This document shows, piece by piece, positions 54,122-63,654 of a stretch of DNA of 64,000 nt (position 1 is the stretch's first letter; each line of letters begins with the position of its first letter). The notes under the pieces were generated by a model. It was not told the DNA's origin. It saw only the letters and a list, made by a program, of their open reading frames with translations, and did no database searches. Made by a program: the position numbers and the translations under genes. Origin of the DNA: a virus (taxonomy: Duplodnaviria; Caudoviricetes); IMG/VR virus record IMGVR_UViG_3300028797_000108, positions 75,106 through 139,105 of that record. One strand, written 5' to 3'.

Positions 54122-54651
54122 TAAATCTTAGAATAGATTTCAACGATTGCCGGCGGTAAACCGTCCGGCATATCTAGTATGTCGTTATAAAGAATGATTG
54201 GGAACTGCACATTGTGCTGCTTGAGGAACTCTTCAAACATCAAGTTCCTGTCAGCCGGCAAGGCAACGACATCTTTGTATTCGTCAAGCAACTTAATCAG
54301 TTCTTCCTGATATTCATTTTGCATTTCAGTGACGATAGGGTCGCCAAAAGCATCTGTTTTTGCTTCACCTTGGGCGTCACGGTCAACATATTTACGCTTT
54401 AGAGCATCTAATTTTTCCTGATGTTCACCAATCCTTTTCATGATTGGGTCAAAGCGTTCATGCACTTCACGGTCAATCTTTTCATCAAACTCCAGCATCG
54501 CCTTGCGGTTTTCAATCGTCAGCAGCGAGTATGTAATTGTCATACCTGGGTTGCCCATTGATGATTGATAATGATCCATCAAGATCTTAAAATCGTAATA
54601 TGAAATGTTTGCTATCTTTTCAAAACAGCCCTTTGTTAGATTCGTATTCAT
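54118..54651 (-). CDS. Hypothetical protein, paralog of 348..860
   Basis: Shared KYVDRD motif. Confidence 0.8.
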   Translation of the reverse strand: MNTNLTKGCFEKIANISYYDFKILMDHYQSSMGNPGMTITYSLLTIENRKAMLEFDEKIDREVHERFDPIMKRIGEHQEKLDALKRKYVDRDAQGEAKTDAFGDPIVTEMQNEYQEELIKLLDEYKDVVALPADRNLMFEEFLKQHNVQFPIILYNDILDMPDGLPPAIVEIYSKIY

Positions 54652-55507
54652 GTAGCCTCAGTCTTCCTGATGATGGTGTAAATGTTAATTCTGAAAATTT
54701 GATTTCGTTATTTATATGATATAGGTCAACCCTAACAAACTTAAAAGGCTCAGCAAGTTTCTTAACATAAGGCATCATTTGTTCGCATATAGCCTTTTCT
54801 GATTTTGAAAGAAAGTCTCTGGCGGGTTGTGCGCCCATTGCGTATTTGCCAACCCAGGCGATTGAACGAAGAGCATCTTTGTGTTCTTTGACTGTTAGGT
54901 TCAATGCATTGACTTCACCGTCTTCACACCAGAACTCCCAATTCATAAGGTGCCCTAAGTCAGGTTGAATGACGAACCCGGGTGCGATATGTTCATATTG
55001 CCATTCATACCCAGTGATGTAAGCGTAGTTCAGGTTATACCATTCCCACACCTTTTGCTGAATATATGTAGGGTCAAAATTATCGGTCTTTTCAAACTTG
55101 ATGTTCCAGCCAGAACCGTGCGCCATCTTGATGATGTACTTACCGTTAGGCAAATTCTTCCAGTCATTATCTGTCAGGTAGCAGCGGGAGTACATAACAG
55201 GTTCAATGGCAAGCTCTGGCATGCCGACTTCATTCAAGTTCCAGTGAGAGCAAATTTTGTCTGCCCACTTTTGCTTGAGTTCATTCCTATCATACAACTT
55301 GTAATTGCATATACGGTCAACGACATTCTTAGGATGTAAGATGTCAACATACGGCACATGGATTTTTAACCATGCTTCGCCGTATGCGATTTTATTTTCC
55401 GCAAACCTGCATGCATTGTATTCGGTTTGATGTAACCCAGCCTTCCATTCTTTATAGTACTCGGCTGGGTCCATCATTTTAGGTATAGGAAACATCAAGT
55501 ACTCCAC
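54620..55507 (-). CDS. TupA-like ATP-grasp protein
   Basis: ADK, YIIKMAHGSGWN, YEWQYEHI.P, FVRVDLY, FSELTFTPSSG; true start may be the Met near 55477. Confidence 0.8.
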   Translation of the reverse strand: MEYLMFPIPKMMDPAEYYKEWKAGLHQTEYNACRFAENKIAYGEAWLKIHVPYVDILHPKNVVDRICNYKLYDRNELKQKWADKICSHWNLNEVGMPELAIEPVMYSRCYLTDNDWKNLPNGKYIIKMAHGSGWNIKFEKTDNFDPTYIQQKVWEWYNLNYAYITGYEWQYEHIAPGFVIQPDLGHLMNWEFWCEDGEVNALNLTVKEHKDALRSIAWVGKYAMGAQPARDFLSKSEKAICEQMMPYVKKLAEPFKFVRVDLYHINNEIKFSELTFTPSSGRLRLHEYESNKGLF

Positions 55508-56354
55508 TGCACGGAGTGAATGTCATCTCACCGAAGTATATTTTTCCGTCAACACAATACATATCAACACGAACAAATGGGTAGCCTGCACATAGCTGCT
55601 TAACATAAGGTTTCATTCGTTCAAGTATCTCTTTTTGCTTTGGGTTGAGCTTCATCATAGCTGGAGGCATGCCGATAAACCATTTAGGGCATTCACCGTT
55701 TTCATCTACGAAGGCGACATAATCTTCAAAATTTTTACCGAGCTTCTTCGTCAGTCCAACACCCTCTATCTGGCCGTTAATGCACCAGAAAGACCAGTCT
55801 AAGGGAGTTTCAGTTAGGAGCTTTTGAATTACTATGCCGGGCTTTATCCACTTATATTGAACCTCGTAGCCTGAGATATAAGCATAGTTCTGTTTCAACC
55901 AACCGTTGATCTTGTCAAGAACAATCTTCTTATCAGATTTGCCCGGCGTGTACTTAACATTCCATCCCGAACCGTGATTGGTCTTGATGATGTAAGTGGC
56001 ATTCTTGTCTGTCATTGTGTCAAAAATGTCTTCTTCAAACTGTGGCTTATATGCTTTGTAAACATACGGCACTGCAAGGGATTCCAATCCCTTCTTAGCA
56101 AGCATGTCATAAGCATAGCACTTATCAGACCAAGCCATTCTGTCACAGACTTCTTCCCACGGTGCATGAATAAGACGGATCTTTTCATGGCAGATTAGGT
56201 CAACGACATTCTGTGGGTTGTCAATGTTGACTTGCTTACGGCTCATTAGCCATTCACGAGCGAACTTTTCTTTATCATCGGAAAAGCGGCAAGCATCATA
56301 CTCGCCGATAGGATACTTACCGCTTAATAAATCTTGTTTGTATTGGTTAATCAT
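55479..56354 (-). CDS. TupA-like ATP-grasp protein
   Basis: YIIKTNHGSGWN, YEVQYKWIKP, FVRVDMY, FGEMTFTPCSG. Confidence 0.85.
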   Translation of the reverse strand: MINQYKQDLLSGKYPIGEYDACRFSDDKEKFAREWLMSRKQVNIDNPQNVVDLICHEKIRLIHAPWEEVCDRMAWSDKCYAYDMLAKKGLESLAVPYVYKAYKPQFEEDIFDTMTDKNATYIIKTNHGSGWNVKYTPGKSDKKIVLDKINGWLKQNYAYISGYEVQYKWIKPGIVIQKLLTETPLDWSFWCINGQIEGVGLTKKLGKNFEDYVAFVDENGECPKWFIGMPPAMMKLNPKQKEILERMKPYVKQLCAGYPFVRVDMYCVDGKIYFGEMTFTPCSGVLDVSYT

Positions 56355-57244
56355 AATTCAAAAAGAGCCTTTGTCTGTTGCATTGTAAACTCAGGCATTA
56401 TATATCCGTCAGCATAAGCATTGTGATAAATGTTCTTATCATACCACTGATGGTCAACTGCTGCACTGCCGCGTTCCCACTTCTTTTCCCAATCCCACTT
56501 GGTCTTGATGTGGTAGTGATACAAGCGAAGGCATGCAGTCGGGTCAACGGAACCGTATGTTGTATCAGAGTATGCACTGCCGTTCACGATTGAGCTGCGA
56601 ACACCCATGAATTCTTTTTCAAGTCTATCACGCACATAAGGCACATGACCGCGTTCAGCAGTTTCTTGATTATTGAACTGATATCTTACATGCGGGTTAT
56701 ACTTGAGGATGCACTTGCCTTGAGCCGATTCATCAACACGACGATACACACAGAGGTCAAGCAAGTTTTTCTGAATTTCACGATTATCATGGATGTATGG
56801 AGTTGACATCAAGATCTGCGGCATCAAGATAACATCCGTTTTACGTTCAGGACCGTCAAATTTATACAGGCAGTCATCAACATATTGTTCAAGCGGGATG
56901 TATTTCTTATTTTCACATTCTGGAATGCGTTCTTCAAACTTCTTCCAGTAGTCTTGATAGTACCAAATGTATTCGTCATCATCAATGAATGCGACAAGTT
57001 CACCAGCACGGAACCCAAAACGGTTTTCATTCAAGATATCATCAAAGAGCTGCCACTGGTCAGGCCAACCTTGAAGTTCTTCGTATGTATCGCCGTGATT
57101 GAGGTCCATGTAATTTCTGATGGCACTGTTATCACCGTTGTTGATGATATGAATTGTCCAACCCATAGCCTTGTGATACTTATACCACAAGTGAAGGTCA
57201 AAGAAATTGTAAGGCTTTGTAAGTAGAACGATGTGTTTCATCAT
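56351..57244 (-). CDS. GT-A glycosyltransferase (GT92/GT2-like)
   Basis: W..YH...G, IINN, AFIDDDEY, KCI, LYHYHIKT..DW..K..RG. Confidence 0.75.
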   Translation of the reverse strand: MMKHIVLLTKPYNFFDLHLWYKYHKAMGWTIHIINNGDNSAIRNYMDLNHGDTYEELQGWPDQWQLFDDILNENRFGFRAGELVAFIDDDEYIWYYQDYWKKFEERIPECENKKYIPLEQYVDDCLYKFDGPERKTDVILMPQILMSTPYIHDNREIQKNLLDLCVYRRVDESAQGKCILKYNPHVRYQFNNQETAERGHVPYVRDRLEKEFMGVRSSIVNGSAYSDTTYGSVDPTACLRLYHYHIKTKWDWEKKWERGSAAVDHQWYDKNIYHNAYADGYIMPEFTMQQTKALFEL

Positions 57245-57543
57245 TAGTAAACTCCTTTTCTTATGTTCTCTTCTACTCTGTTAATAATTTCGCCTGCGAC
57301 ATAATACCTTAACATGTCGCAATGATGTGTATGCATGTATTCTTCCCACATTGATGTGTTGTAAGTTTCACGACATACCTTTGAAATGATTTCATCAAAT
57401 TGTTTGTCAAGGTCAATGTGGTCACACACATAATCAAAGATGTCAGAGGCGCGGTAGCCTCGTGCTTCAGCACATTCATAAAGGCGTTTCACCGCACCGT
57501 CACAAATCTTCTTCTTCCACTGTTCAAAAGTTTCAAGTTTCAT
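57244..57543 (-). CDS. Hypothetical protein
   Basis: Coupled on both sides. Confidence 0.75.
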   Translation of the reverse strand: MKLETFEQWKKKICDGAVKRLYECAEARGYRASDIFDYVCDHIDLDKQFDEIISKVCRETYNTSMWEEYMHTHHCDMLRYYVAGEIINRVEENIRKGVY

Positions 57544-58586
57544 TACTGATTAGCTCCTTTGAATGTATCATACAGTTTAATGAGTTCATTGTAGAGCTCT
57601 TGCTTATCAAGGTTCGTTTCAATTTCGTCAATGTATGAACGGAACAGACCGACAAGGTTTAGCGACTCAACATCAATAGATAATTCCGTCTTGTTGTCAG
57701 GACTGTCGCCGTTATAAGTGTTCACCGGATAGGCAGGACCTAGAGAATTCAAATGCTGAACGAAGTCAAAGATCTTCTTTGTTTCATTTTGCTTATCATA
57801 CGGAATTTCAATGTCAACCTGGTTGCCTGGGATCTTGCTTTCATCTACATTCGGGTAGATGTATTTCGTAAAGATCATTGACTCGGTGTTGGTGAACCAT
57901 TCAAAGCCGTTATTGCTTAGGTCAAGAATGCCGTAGCCACGGTTCTGCCCACGGTCAATGCGTGTAATCTGATATGGCGAACCGATGTAAGTGATGGTCT
58001 TTTCGCCGTCACCAAATTTCTTGATGGAACGAGCATGATAGTGACCTGTGTAAGTGTAGTCAATCTTGTCAATGACCTGTGAAATGGTGACGCCTTCAGT
58101 ACTTAGCCCACCACCCATGTCAAATCCTACGATGTCCAAGTGAGCAAACGCATACTTATACTTCTTTTCAAGGATTGTGTCAAAGTCTGTATATTTTGTT
58201 ATCCACGGAAGCATCAGAACTTCAGTGTTGCCTAGCATCACCTCAGTCGGCTTTTCATACACAGTCACATTTGGGAGCAAGTCAAGAGGCTTAAGCGAGT
58301 TGACCTCCGTTGTAGTTGTATGATAGATGTCGTGGTTGCCAACGACTACATGTATCTTGAAGTCCTTCAGTACATTCTTGAACAAGTCAATGACAATGTT
58401 TTCGGTTTGAACGTTCACCGCCTGTCGTGTATCATAGATGTCACCGCATACGATGATTGTGTCAATTTCCTTTTCTTTTAATTCTTTTACAAGCTGGTTT
58501 TTGAAAAATCTTAGTTGTGATTCTTGGAAAGTTCTATCGGATTTCTTTACACCTAGATGTAAATCAGCGATTAGAGCTACCTTCAT
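57543..58586 (-). CDS. gp47: T4 gp47-like recombination nuclease (Mre11/SbcD)
   Basis: ADLHLG, GDIYD, GNHD, AHL, GHYH, YIGSPY. Confidence 0.92.
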   Translation of the reverse strand: MKVALIADLHLGVKKSDRTFQESQLRFFKNQLVKELKEKEIDTIIVCGDIYDTRQAVNVQTENIVIDLFKNVLKDFKIHVVVGNHDIYHTTTTEVNSLKPLDLLPNVTVYEKPTEVMLGNTEVLMLPWITKYTDFDTILEKKYKYAFAHLDIVGFDMGGGLSTEGVTISQVIDKIDYTYTGHYHARSIKKFGDGEKTITYIGSPYQITRIDRGQNRGYGILDLSNNGFEWFTNTESMIFTKYIYPNVDESKIPGNQVDIEIPYDKQNETKKIFDFVQHLNSLGPAYPVNTYNGDSPDNKTELSIDVESLNLVGLFRSYIDEIETNLDKQELYNELIKLYDTFKGANQ

Positions 58587-58908
58587 TTTGTATCTTACTC
58601 TCCAATAATTTAATGTATTCGTCCTGTTTTGAAATAATGTAAGCCATGTTCTCTAGCTTTGCAGCAAATTCATCACGGATCTGGTCCATCTTAGCATTGA
58701 TGAAGTCACTTGCATTAGTGATTATGTGTGCTTCAAGATTGTTCATCTTGTTCTGCATATCATCTCTAATAACACGGTCTTGCTCAGCAACAACATTCAT
58801 GATTGTGCTGTTATTTCTGATCTGTTCGTCAGACACAACATCAGCAAGTTGCTGAAGTTCAGCCGGTGGGAGAACATCTTTAAAGATATCTCTTATTTGT
58901 CCTGTCAT
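58564..58908 (-). CDS. Hypothetical coiled-coil protein
   Basis: Fills gap between gp46 and gp47. Confidence 0.75.
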   Translation of the reverse strand: MTGQIRDIFKDVLPPAELQQLADVVSDEQIRNNSTIMNVVAEQDRVIRDDMQNKMNNLEAHIITNASDFINAKMDQIRDEFAAKLENMAYIISKQDEYIKLLESKIQNEGSSNR

Positions 58909-58909
58909 T

Positions 58910-60661
58910 TTATTTTCCTTTCTTTAGTTCTGAGAATAAACTCTTCTTTTCAATTTCAATAATCTCATTCCAGTTAATCTGAATGTCACTTAGCTTGTGG
59001 CTAATCAGATAGATGCCGAGATTTTTCTCATTTTCAGTTACGATGTTATAGAGGGTTGACAAGAACTGCTCAGTTCCTGCGTTGTCCACGCCTGCGTCCA
59101 TAACTTCGTCAATGAAAAGGATTGAGCAAGACCAATTTGAAATCATCTTTGAGATGTCAAAGAAGGACAACAAAATAGCCATGTCAATTCTTGATTTTTC
59201 ACCACCCGAGAACTGATTGTAATCTTGTTCAAAACGGCCAGTGGTAATCTTTTCTTCCATGTATGGGTCAAACTCAAGCTGCACAGACAGTTCAAATTTA
59301 CGAAGATAGAAGTTGATGCGCTGATTGAGGATTGGGAGGAGCTTCTTGAAGAAGTACATTCTCAAACCTTCATCGCCCAAGATGTCAATTAACTTATTGT
59401 CTATTGCGATCTTGTGGTCAATTGTGTTTATTTCTTCAGTCAGTGCATTAACCTTTTCTGTCAGGTCAGCGAGCTTAACTTCATATTCAGCAACGCTGAA
59501 GTCGCAAGTCTTGTTCTTGCATTCTTCAAGCTGCTTCTTCAATTCTTCAAGCTGCTGGGTATTCGTCTGCAGTTTGACTTCCTCAGCGATAACCTTTTGG
59601 TTAATCAAGTTAACACGCTGCTGAAGTGCATCATATTTTTTCTTGCGTTCATTCAGTTCATTCTGACGAGAAATCAAATCAGGAATGATCTTTTCATCAA
59701 TTTCTTTTAAGCGAGCACGAAGTTCATTGAAATGTTCAACCGCACGAGCGTCATCAAGTTTTTCACCGCAGATTGGACAAACGGCTTCACCGTTAATTTC
59801 TTGCAGCGTCTTATTGATGTGGTCTCTTTCATGATTGCTTGAGCCAAGCTGCGTATTCACAAAGCTGAACTCATCAATTCCTGGCGCCTCAACAGTTCCT
59901 TTCATTTTCTCAATGGCAGCCTTGCCAGATGATACATGACTTTGCTGTTCTGCGATGACATCTTCATAAGAAGCGATTGATGACTCAAGTGAAGCGATGT
60001 TCCGTGCCTTCGTTTCATCAAACTTTGCTATGTAATCGTTAATCTTGTCAATGTAGCTCTTATTGTCAATGACGTTTGACTGCAAGCCAGCAAGTTCGGT
60101 CAACTTGATTCTCTGTTCTGACTTGTTCAATGCATCACGCTTCTTAACATCCTTTGCCATAGCGGTCAAAACGTCAATGTTAAAGATACTTTCAATAAGA
60201 GAACGCTTATCACCAATGCTCATCGTTAAGAACGGCTTATTGTTCGTCACTGCAATTCCGACAATGTTCTTGAACAAGCGTTCATTAATGCCAAGCAGTT
60301 TATCAACTTCCTCTTGGTTAAGACGCTTAGAAGAAAGATTGTCAATTTCTTCGCCATTTTTATATAGTGAGAACAAAGTAGGTTTCAAACCTCTTATAAT
60401 CTTATAGTGGTCATTGGCTATCTTGAATGAAATTTCAACGACAAGGTCTTTTCCGTTATACTTATTGATGAGCTGGTTAATCTTAATGTTTCTAAACGGC
60501 TTTCCGAAGAGGCAAAAGTTAATTGCATCCAAAATCGTTGACTTACCTGAACCGTTCTGAGCCTTAACTAGGTTAAGACCGTTGCTGAAGTCCAAAGAAG
60601 TCCAGCGATTGCCGTATGATAAAACATTCTTAAATCTTAACTGCTCAAATTCAACAAACAT
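58910..60661 (-). CDS. gp46: T4 gp46-like recombination ATPase (Rad50/SbcC)
   Basis: FKNVLSYGN, NGSGKST, zinc hook CPICG, FSGGE, FIDEVMD, LISH. Confidence 0.95.
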   Translation of the reverse strand: MFVEFEQLRFKNVLSYGNRWTSLDFSNGLNLVKAQNGSGKSTILDAINFCLFGKPFRNIKINQLINKYNGKDLVVEISFKIANDHYKIIRGLKPTLFSLYKNGEEIDNLSSKRLNQEEVDKLLGINERLFKNIVGIAVTNNKPFLTMSIGDKRSLIESIFNIDVLTAMAKDVKKRDALNKSEQRIKLTELAGLQSNVIDNKSYIDKINDYIAKFDETKARNIASLESSIASYEDVIAEQQSHVSSGKAAIEKMKGTVEAPGIDEFSFVNTQLGSSNHERDHINKTLQEINGEAVCPICGEKLDDARAVEHFNELRARLKEIDEKIIPDLISRQNELNERKKKYDALQQRVNLINQKVIAEEVKLQTNTQQLEELKKQLEECKNKTCDFSVAEYEVKLADLTEKVNALTEEINTIDHKIAIDNKLIDILGDEGLRMYFFKKLLPILNQRINFYLRKFELSVQLEFDPYMEEKITTGRFEQDYNQFSGGEKSRIDMAILLSFFDISKMISNWSCSILFIDEVMDAGVDNAGTEQFLSTLYNIVTENEKNLGIYLISHKLSDIQINWNEIIEIEKKSLFSELKKGK

Positions 60662-60743
60662 AAATACCTTTTTAATCGGATGTTATAAAAATAACAAAAA
60701 TTTTCCCACATGACATTATAGGCGGTTTATTTTCTTCCGCCTA

Positions 60744-61166
60744 TTACATATTTGTGGTTGTGATCTTCTTGTAGTCGAGATAGTTCTTTATCGTGTAATG
60801 CATGTCTTTCAAATTAGCAAGTGTTTCGCCGATGTAATCAAGATAATACTTCTGCTCGGCGAGCTGACGATAAAGGGCTGTGTATTTCGGGTCAGCGAAA
60901 ATCTGGCTTTCAATTTCTTTAGTCGTGTTCCACTGAACATCGTCATCAATACGATAATGCTTAAAAAGCTGACCGTAGAGTTCATCCAGCTCAATCTTTA
61001 ATTTCTCGACTTCATACTTCTGTTGAGTATAGAACTTCTGCATATATTGGATTTCCGTCGGAAGCGCATTGTTCTTCTTTGCGATTTCCGCCATAGTATC
61101 CGGCATTGTGCAGTATCTTTCCCCAACCTGCTGTAGTTGTGCGAATATCTGCGGTGTGATAATCAT
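60744..61166 (-). CDS. uvsY: UvsY-like recombination mediator
   Basis: 140 aa helical; I.ADP.Y and MHYTIKNYLDYKK C-terminus; next to gp46/47. Confidence 0.75.
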   Translation of the reverse strand: MIITPQIFAQLQQVGERYCTMPDTMAEIAKKNNALPTEIQYMQKFYTQQKYEVEKLKIELDELYGQLFKHYRIDDDVQWNTTKEIESQIFADPKYTALYRQLAEQKYYLDYIGETLANLKDMHYTIKNYLDYKKITTTNM

Positions 61167-61217
61167 TAAAATAACCTCTAATCAATTATAATAATTTATT
61201 TGGGTTTGAAATGATAG

Positions 61218-61358
61218 GACGAAAATTTTCCATCATCGCCCGCTTACATACTACTTCGGAAAAATTTCATCATCGCCGTTGACCTATGAAATCTTTTTTA
61301 TATTTTGACCGTTAAGTATGGCGACTTAAGCAACTCGACGGAAAAATTTTTTCGTCAT
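61218..61358. repeat. Imperfect direct repeats in divergent intergenic region
   Basis: GAAAATTTTCCATCATCGCC, GAAAAATTTCATCATCGCC, GAAAAATTTTTTCGTCAT. Confidence 0.6.
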
Positions 61359-61406
61359 TCATTCTACCTCGGAAAATGTTGTTATATTTTACACGACATT
61401 ATAAAC

Positions 61407-61584
61407 CTTACTGACCGGAGCGAGACTCAACCCAATGAGCTATCGGCAGGTGTAAGTTGCGACCTAGCAGAGGTGCGGCTAGGGCTGTTCGTATAGTACC
61501 AAAGGATGAACTGTTCACGACAGTTCAGTATGCCGTCACAGGCGTATGGAATGTAGTCCGAGTACAGGGTGACCGCTCGGTAAG
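61407..61584 (+). ncRNA. Candidate structured ncRNA
   Basis: Behind TTGTTATATTTT promoter motif; closing stem CTTACTGA/TCGGTAAG; internal hairpins; no credible ORF. Confidence 0.5.
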
Positions 61585-61772
61585 TCCATTGTAAGTCCTC
61601 TTGCGAAGTCATACAGTTCACCAGTCAAAACAAAGTTTAGATTGATGTTAACTGGAGATTGTGAGTTCCCGATATGGGCTTGCTGTCTCCAGTTACCATA
61701 TCAAACAAAGATTTAGAATTCCCCTTAAATAAATAAAATACAAAAACACAAATAATAGAGAGGAATTTAATC

Positions 61773-62192
61773 ATGAGAACATTACAACGCAGAAGACACA
61801 AGCGCGGTGGCATGTATGCAACACTGAAGCATGAGGATTTGAAGATTAACGGAAATACCGGCAAGATTTCCGTGCCGACACCTCCGAGAACTGCAGCTGC
61901 TCAGGTTCAGTCTGACTTTGACCGTGAATACGAAGCATTCATTGCTGAACAGCAGGCTAAGAAGAAGGCACGCTTGGAAGCAGAAGCAAAGGCTTTGGCA
62001 GAAAAGGTTGAAGAACCTGTAGCCGAACAGACAGAATCACCTGTCACCGAAGGACCAGATATTGATGTCACAGAAAAGACCGAAGAAGATGTAGTTGCTG
62101 AAACTGTAGAAGAAACAGTTGACGAAGCTGCGGAACCGGTCACTGTTGAGACAAAGAAGAGCCGTAAGAAGAAAGCAGCAACCGCTGAATAA
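61773..62192 (+). CDS. Hypothetical acidic low-complexity protein
   Basis: GAGAGGA RBS, followed by terminator. Confidence 0.8.
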   Translation: MRTLQRRRHKRGGMYATLKHEDLKINGNTGKISVPTPPRTAAAQVQSDFDREYEAFIAEQQAKKKARLEAEAKALAEKVEEPVAEQTESPVTEGPDIDVTEKTEEDVVAETVEETVDEAAEPVTVETKKSRKKKAATAE

Positions 62193-62215
62193 TCTTAAAC
62201 ACAATTGGCTCATGG

Positions 62216-62241
62216 GAGGGTGCATCTGCACCCTCTTTTTT
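62216..62241 (+). terminator. Rho-independent terminator
   Basis: GAGGGTGCA-TC-TGCACCCTC-TTTTTT. Confidence 0.75.
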
Positions 62242-62245
62242 CATG

Positions 62246-62253
62246 TATAAATA
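62246..62253 (+). promoter_or_regulatory. T4-type late promoter
   Basis: TATAAATA. Confidence 0.7.
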
Positions 62254-62267
62254 ATCTGAGGTTCAAA

Positions 62268-63029
62268 ATGAAAAGTGAAGTAGTTCTTATTGCTAAATTT
62301 TTTCGTATCTTTGATGCGTTAGAATGGGTTCGTCATTATACACGCCTCGGGTTTGACCACATAACCATTTACGACAACAATACATCGTGTTTTGATGTAT
62401 CATCGCTTATGGTGCTGTTCCCAAACTTAACGGTGTGTAAGATTATGGGCAAACCATCACAATGCGAAGTCTATAATAACCACAGAATGCTACATCGTGA
62501 ATATGATTGGCAGTTCTTCTGTGATGACGATGAATTCCTTTACATTGACAAGAAGAAATTCAACAATGTAAATGAGTTCCTAGCATCGTTGCCGCCGTTC
62601 ATTCAGCAGTTTGGCGTGTACTGGAAGTATATGTCGTATGCGGGCGGTCAGGTTCCAGAAGATAGACCTGTCACACGCATGACTGAAGATATGATGTTCA
62701 CTGATAATGCTCCATATCTGACGCATATCAAGAGTTTTGTCAAGAATACACTTAACCCGGTTGACAACCGCTTTGATATTCCGCACTTGATTTACAATGT
62801 GCCGACATATACGATTGACGGTCCAGCAGAAAGTGCATCAACCATTCGTAATCCTTTTGATGACTACATTTCATTACATCACTACTACCGTAGGTCAAAG
62901 GCTGAGTTCAAAGAAAAGATGGAACGCAACCGAATTGACGCTGATTTGAAGTATAAGGATTACGAAGGTCAGAATGAATATGAAAAAGATCATAAGTATG
63001 ACATATTAGACAGTAGAATTTTGTTATGA
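62268..63029 (+). CDS. GT-A glycosyltransferase (GT92/GT2-like)
   Basis: EWVRHY..LGFDHITIYDNN, FFCDDDEFL, HIKSFV, LHHYYRRSKAEF..K..R. Confidence 0.8.
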   Translation: MKSEVVLIAKFFRIFDALEWVRHYTRLGFDHITIYDNNTSCFDVSSLMVLFPNLTVCKIMGKPSQCEVYNNHRMLHREYDWQFFCDDDEFLYIDKKKFNNVNEFLASLPPFIQQFGVYWKYMSYAGGQVPEDRPVTRMTEDMMFTDNAPYLTHIKSFVKNTLNPVDNRFDIPHLIYNVPTYTIDGPAESASTIRNPFDDYISLHHYYRRSKAEFKEKMERNRIDADLKYKDYEGQNEYEKDHKYDILDSRILL

Positions 63030-63640
63030 TTTACACCGTGCTTAGAGAGAACCAGCCGCACCTCGGTTTTATTGAGGCAACAAGGGTACCTGTGATAAAT
63101 ACAGATACCTCTGATCTGGCTGAACTTGCTGCATATAAGAAGCTAGACCTTTCAAACAAGTTTATTGGCTTTGAACATGTAAGAAGATATTTCTCTACGA
63201 AGCACGGAAGACCTTTAACTGAAGAAGAGCTGATAAAGAAGCTGGGTGACAAAGACATTATCGTCCCTAGCATTCAAATGATGCCACTTAAAGAATGGAT
63301 TCACCCGTCAACCTTTGCTTACACGAATAAGATATGTAGGCTACACCCAGAATATAAGGATGCAGTTGACGAAGTGCTTAACGGCACGACGATGTACCCA
63401 CATAATATGCTCTTTACAAGGTCTAAGACATTCAAAGAATACCGATCTTGGCTTTTCAACATAATAGGTACTGGCGGCACTGTGTGTACTGACCCAAAAG
63501 CTAAGTCCCATTATGGAGAGACCCTTTTAACGATTTATTGTAAACACAATTTTAAGCATAGCACAGTCACTTGTAATGTGACAGCATGGTCGCATGACCT
63601 AAGTCACATCGTAGACACAATTTCAGGCGTAGGCGATTGA
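63026..63640 (+). CDS. DUF4422-like polysaccharide biosynthesis protein
   Basis: AEL.A, FIGFEHVRRYF, DIIVP, NMLF, F.EY.SWLF.I, YGE.L. Confidence 0.65.
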   Translation: MIYTVLRENQPHLGFIEATRVPVINTDTSDLAELAAYKKLDLSNKFIGFEHVRRYFSTKHGRPLTEEELIKKLGDKDIIVPSIQMMPLKEWIHPSTFAYTNKICRLHPEYKDAVDEVLNGTTMYPHNMLFTRSKTFKEYRSWLFNIIGTGGTVCTDPKAKSHYGETLLTIYCKHNFKHSTVTCNVTAWSHDLSHIVDTISGVGD

Positions 63641-63642
63641 GG

Positions 63643-63650
63643 TATAAATA
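63643..63650 (+). promoter_or_regulatory. T4-type late promoter
   Basis: TATAAATA upstream of uvsW. Confidence 0.7.
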
Positions 63651-63654
63651 GATT

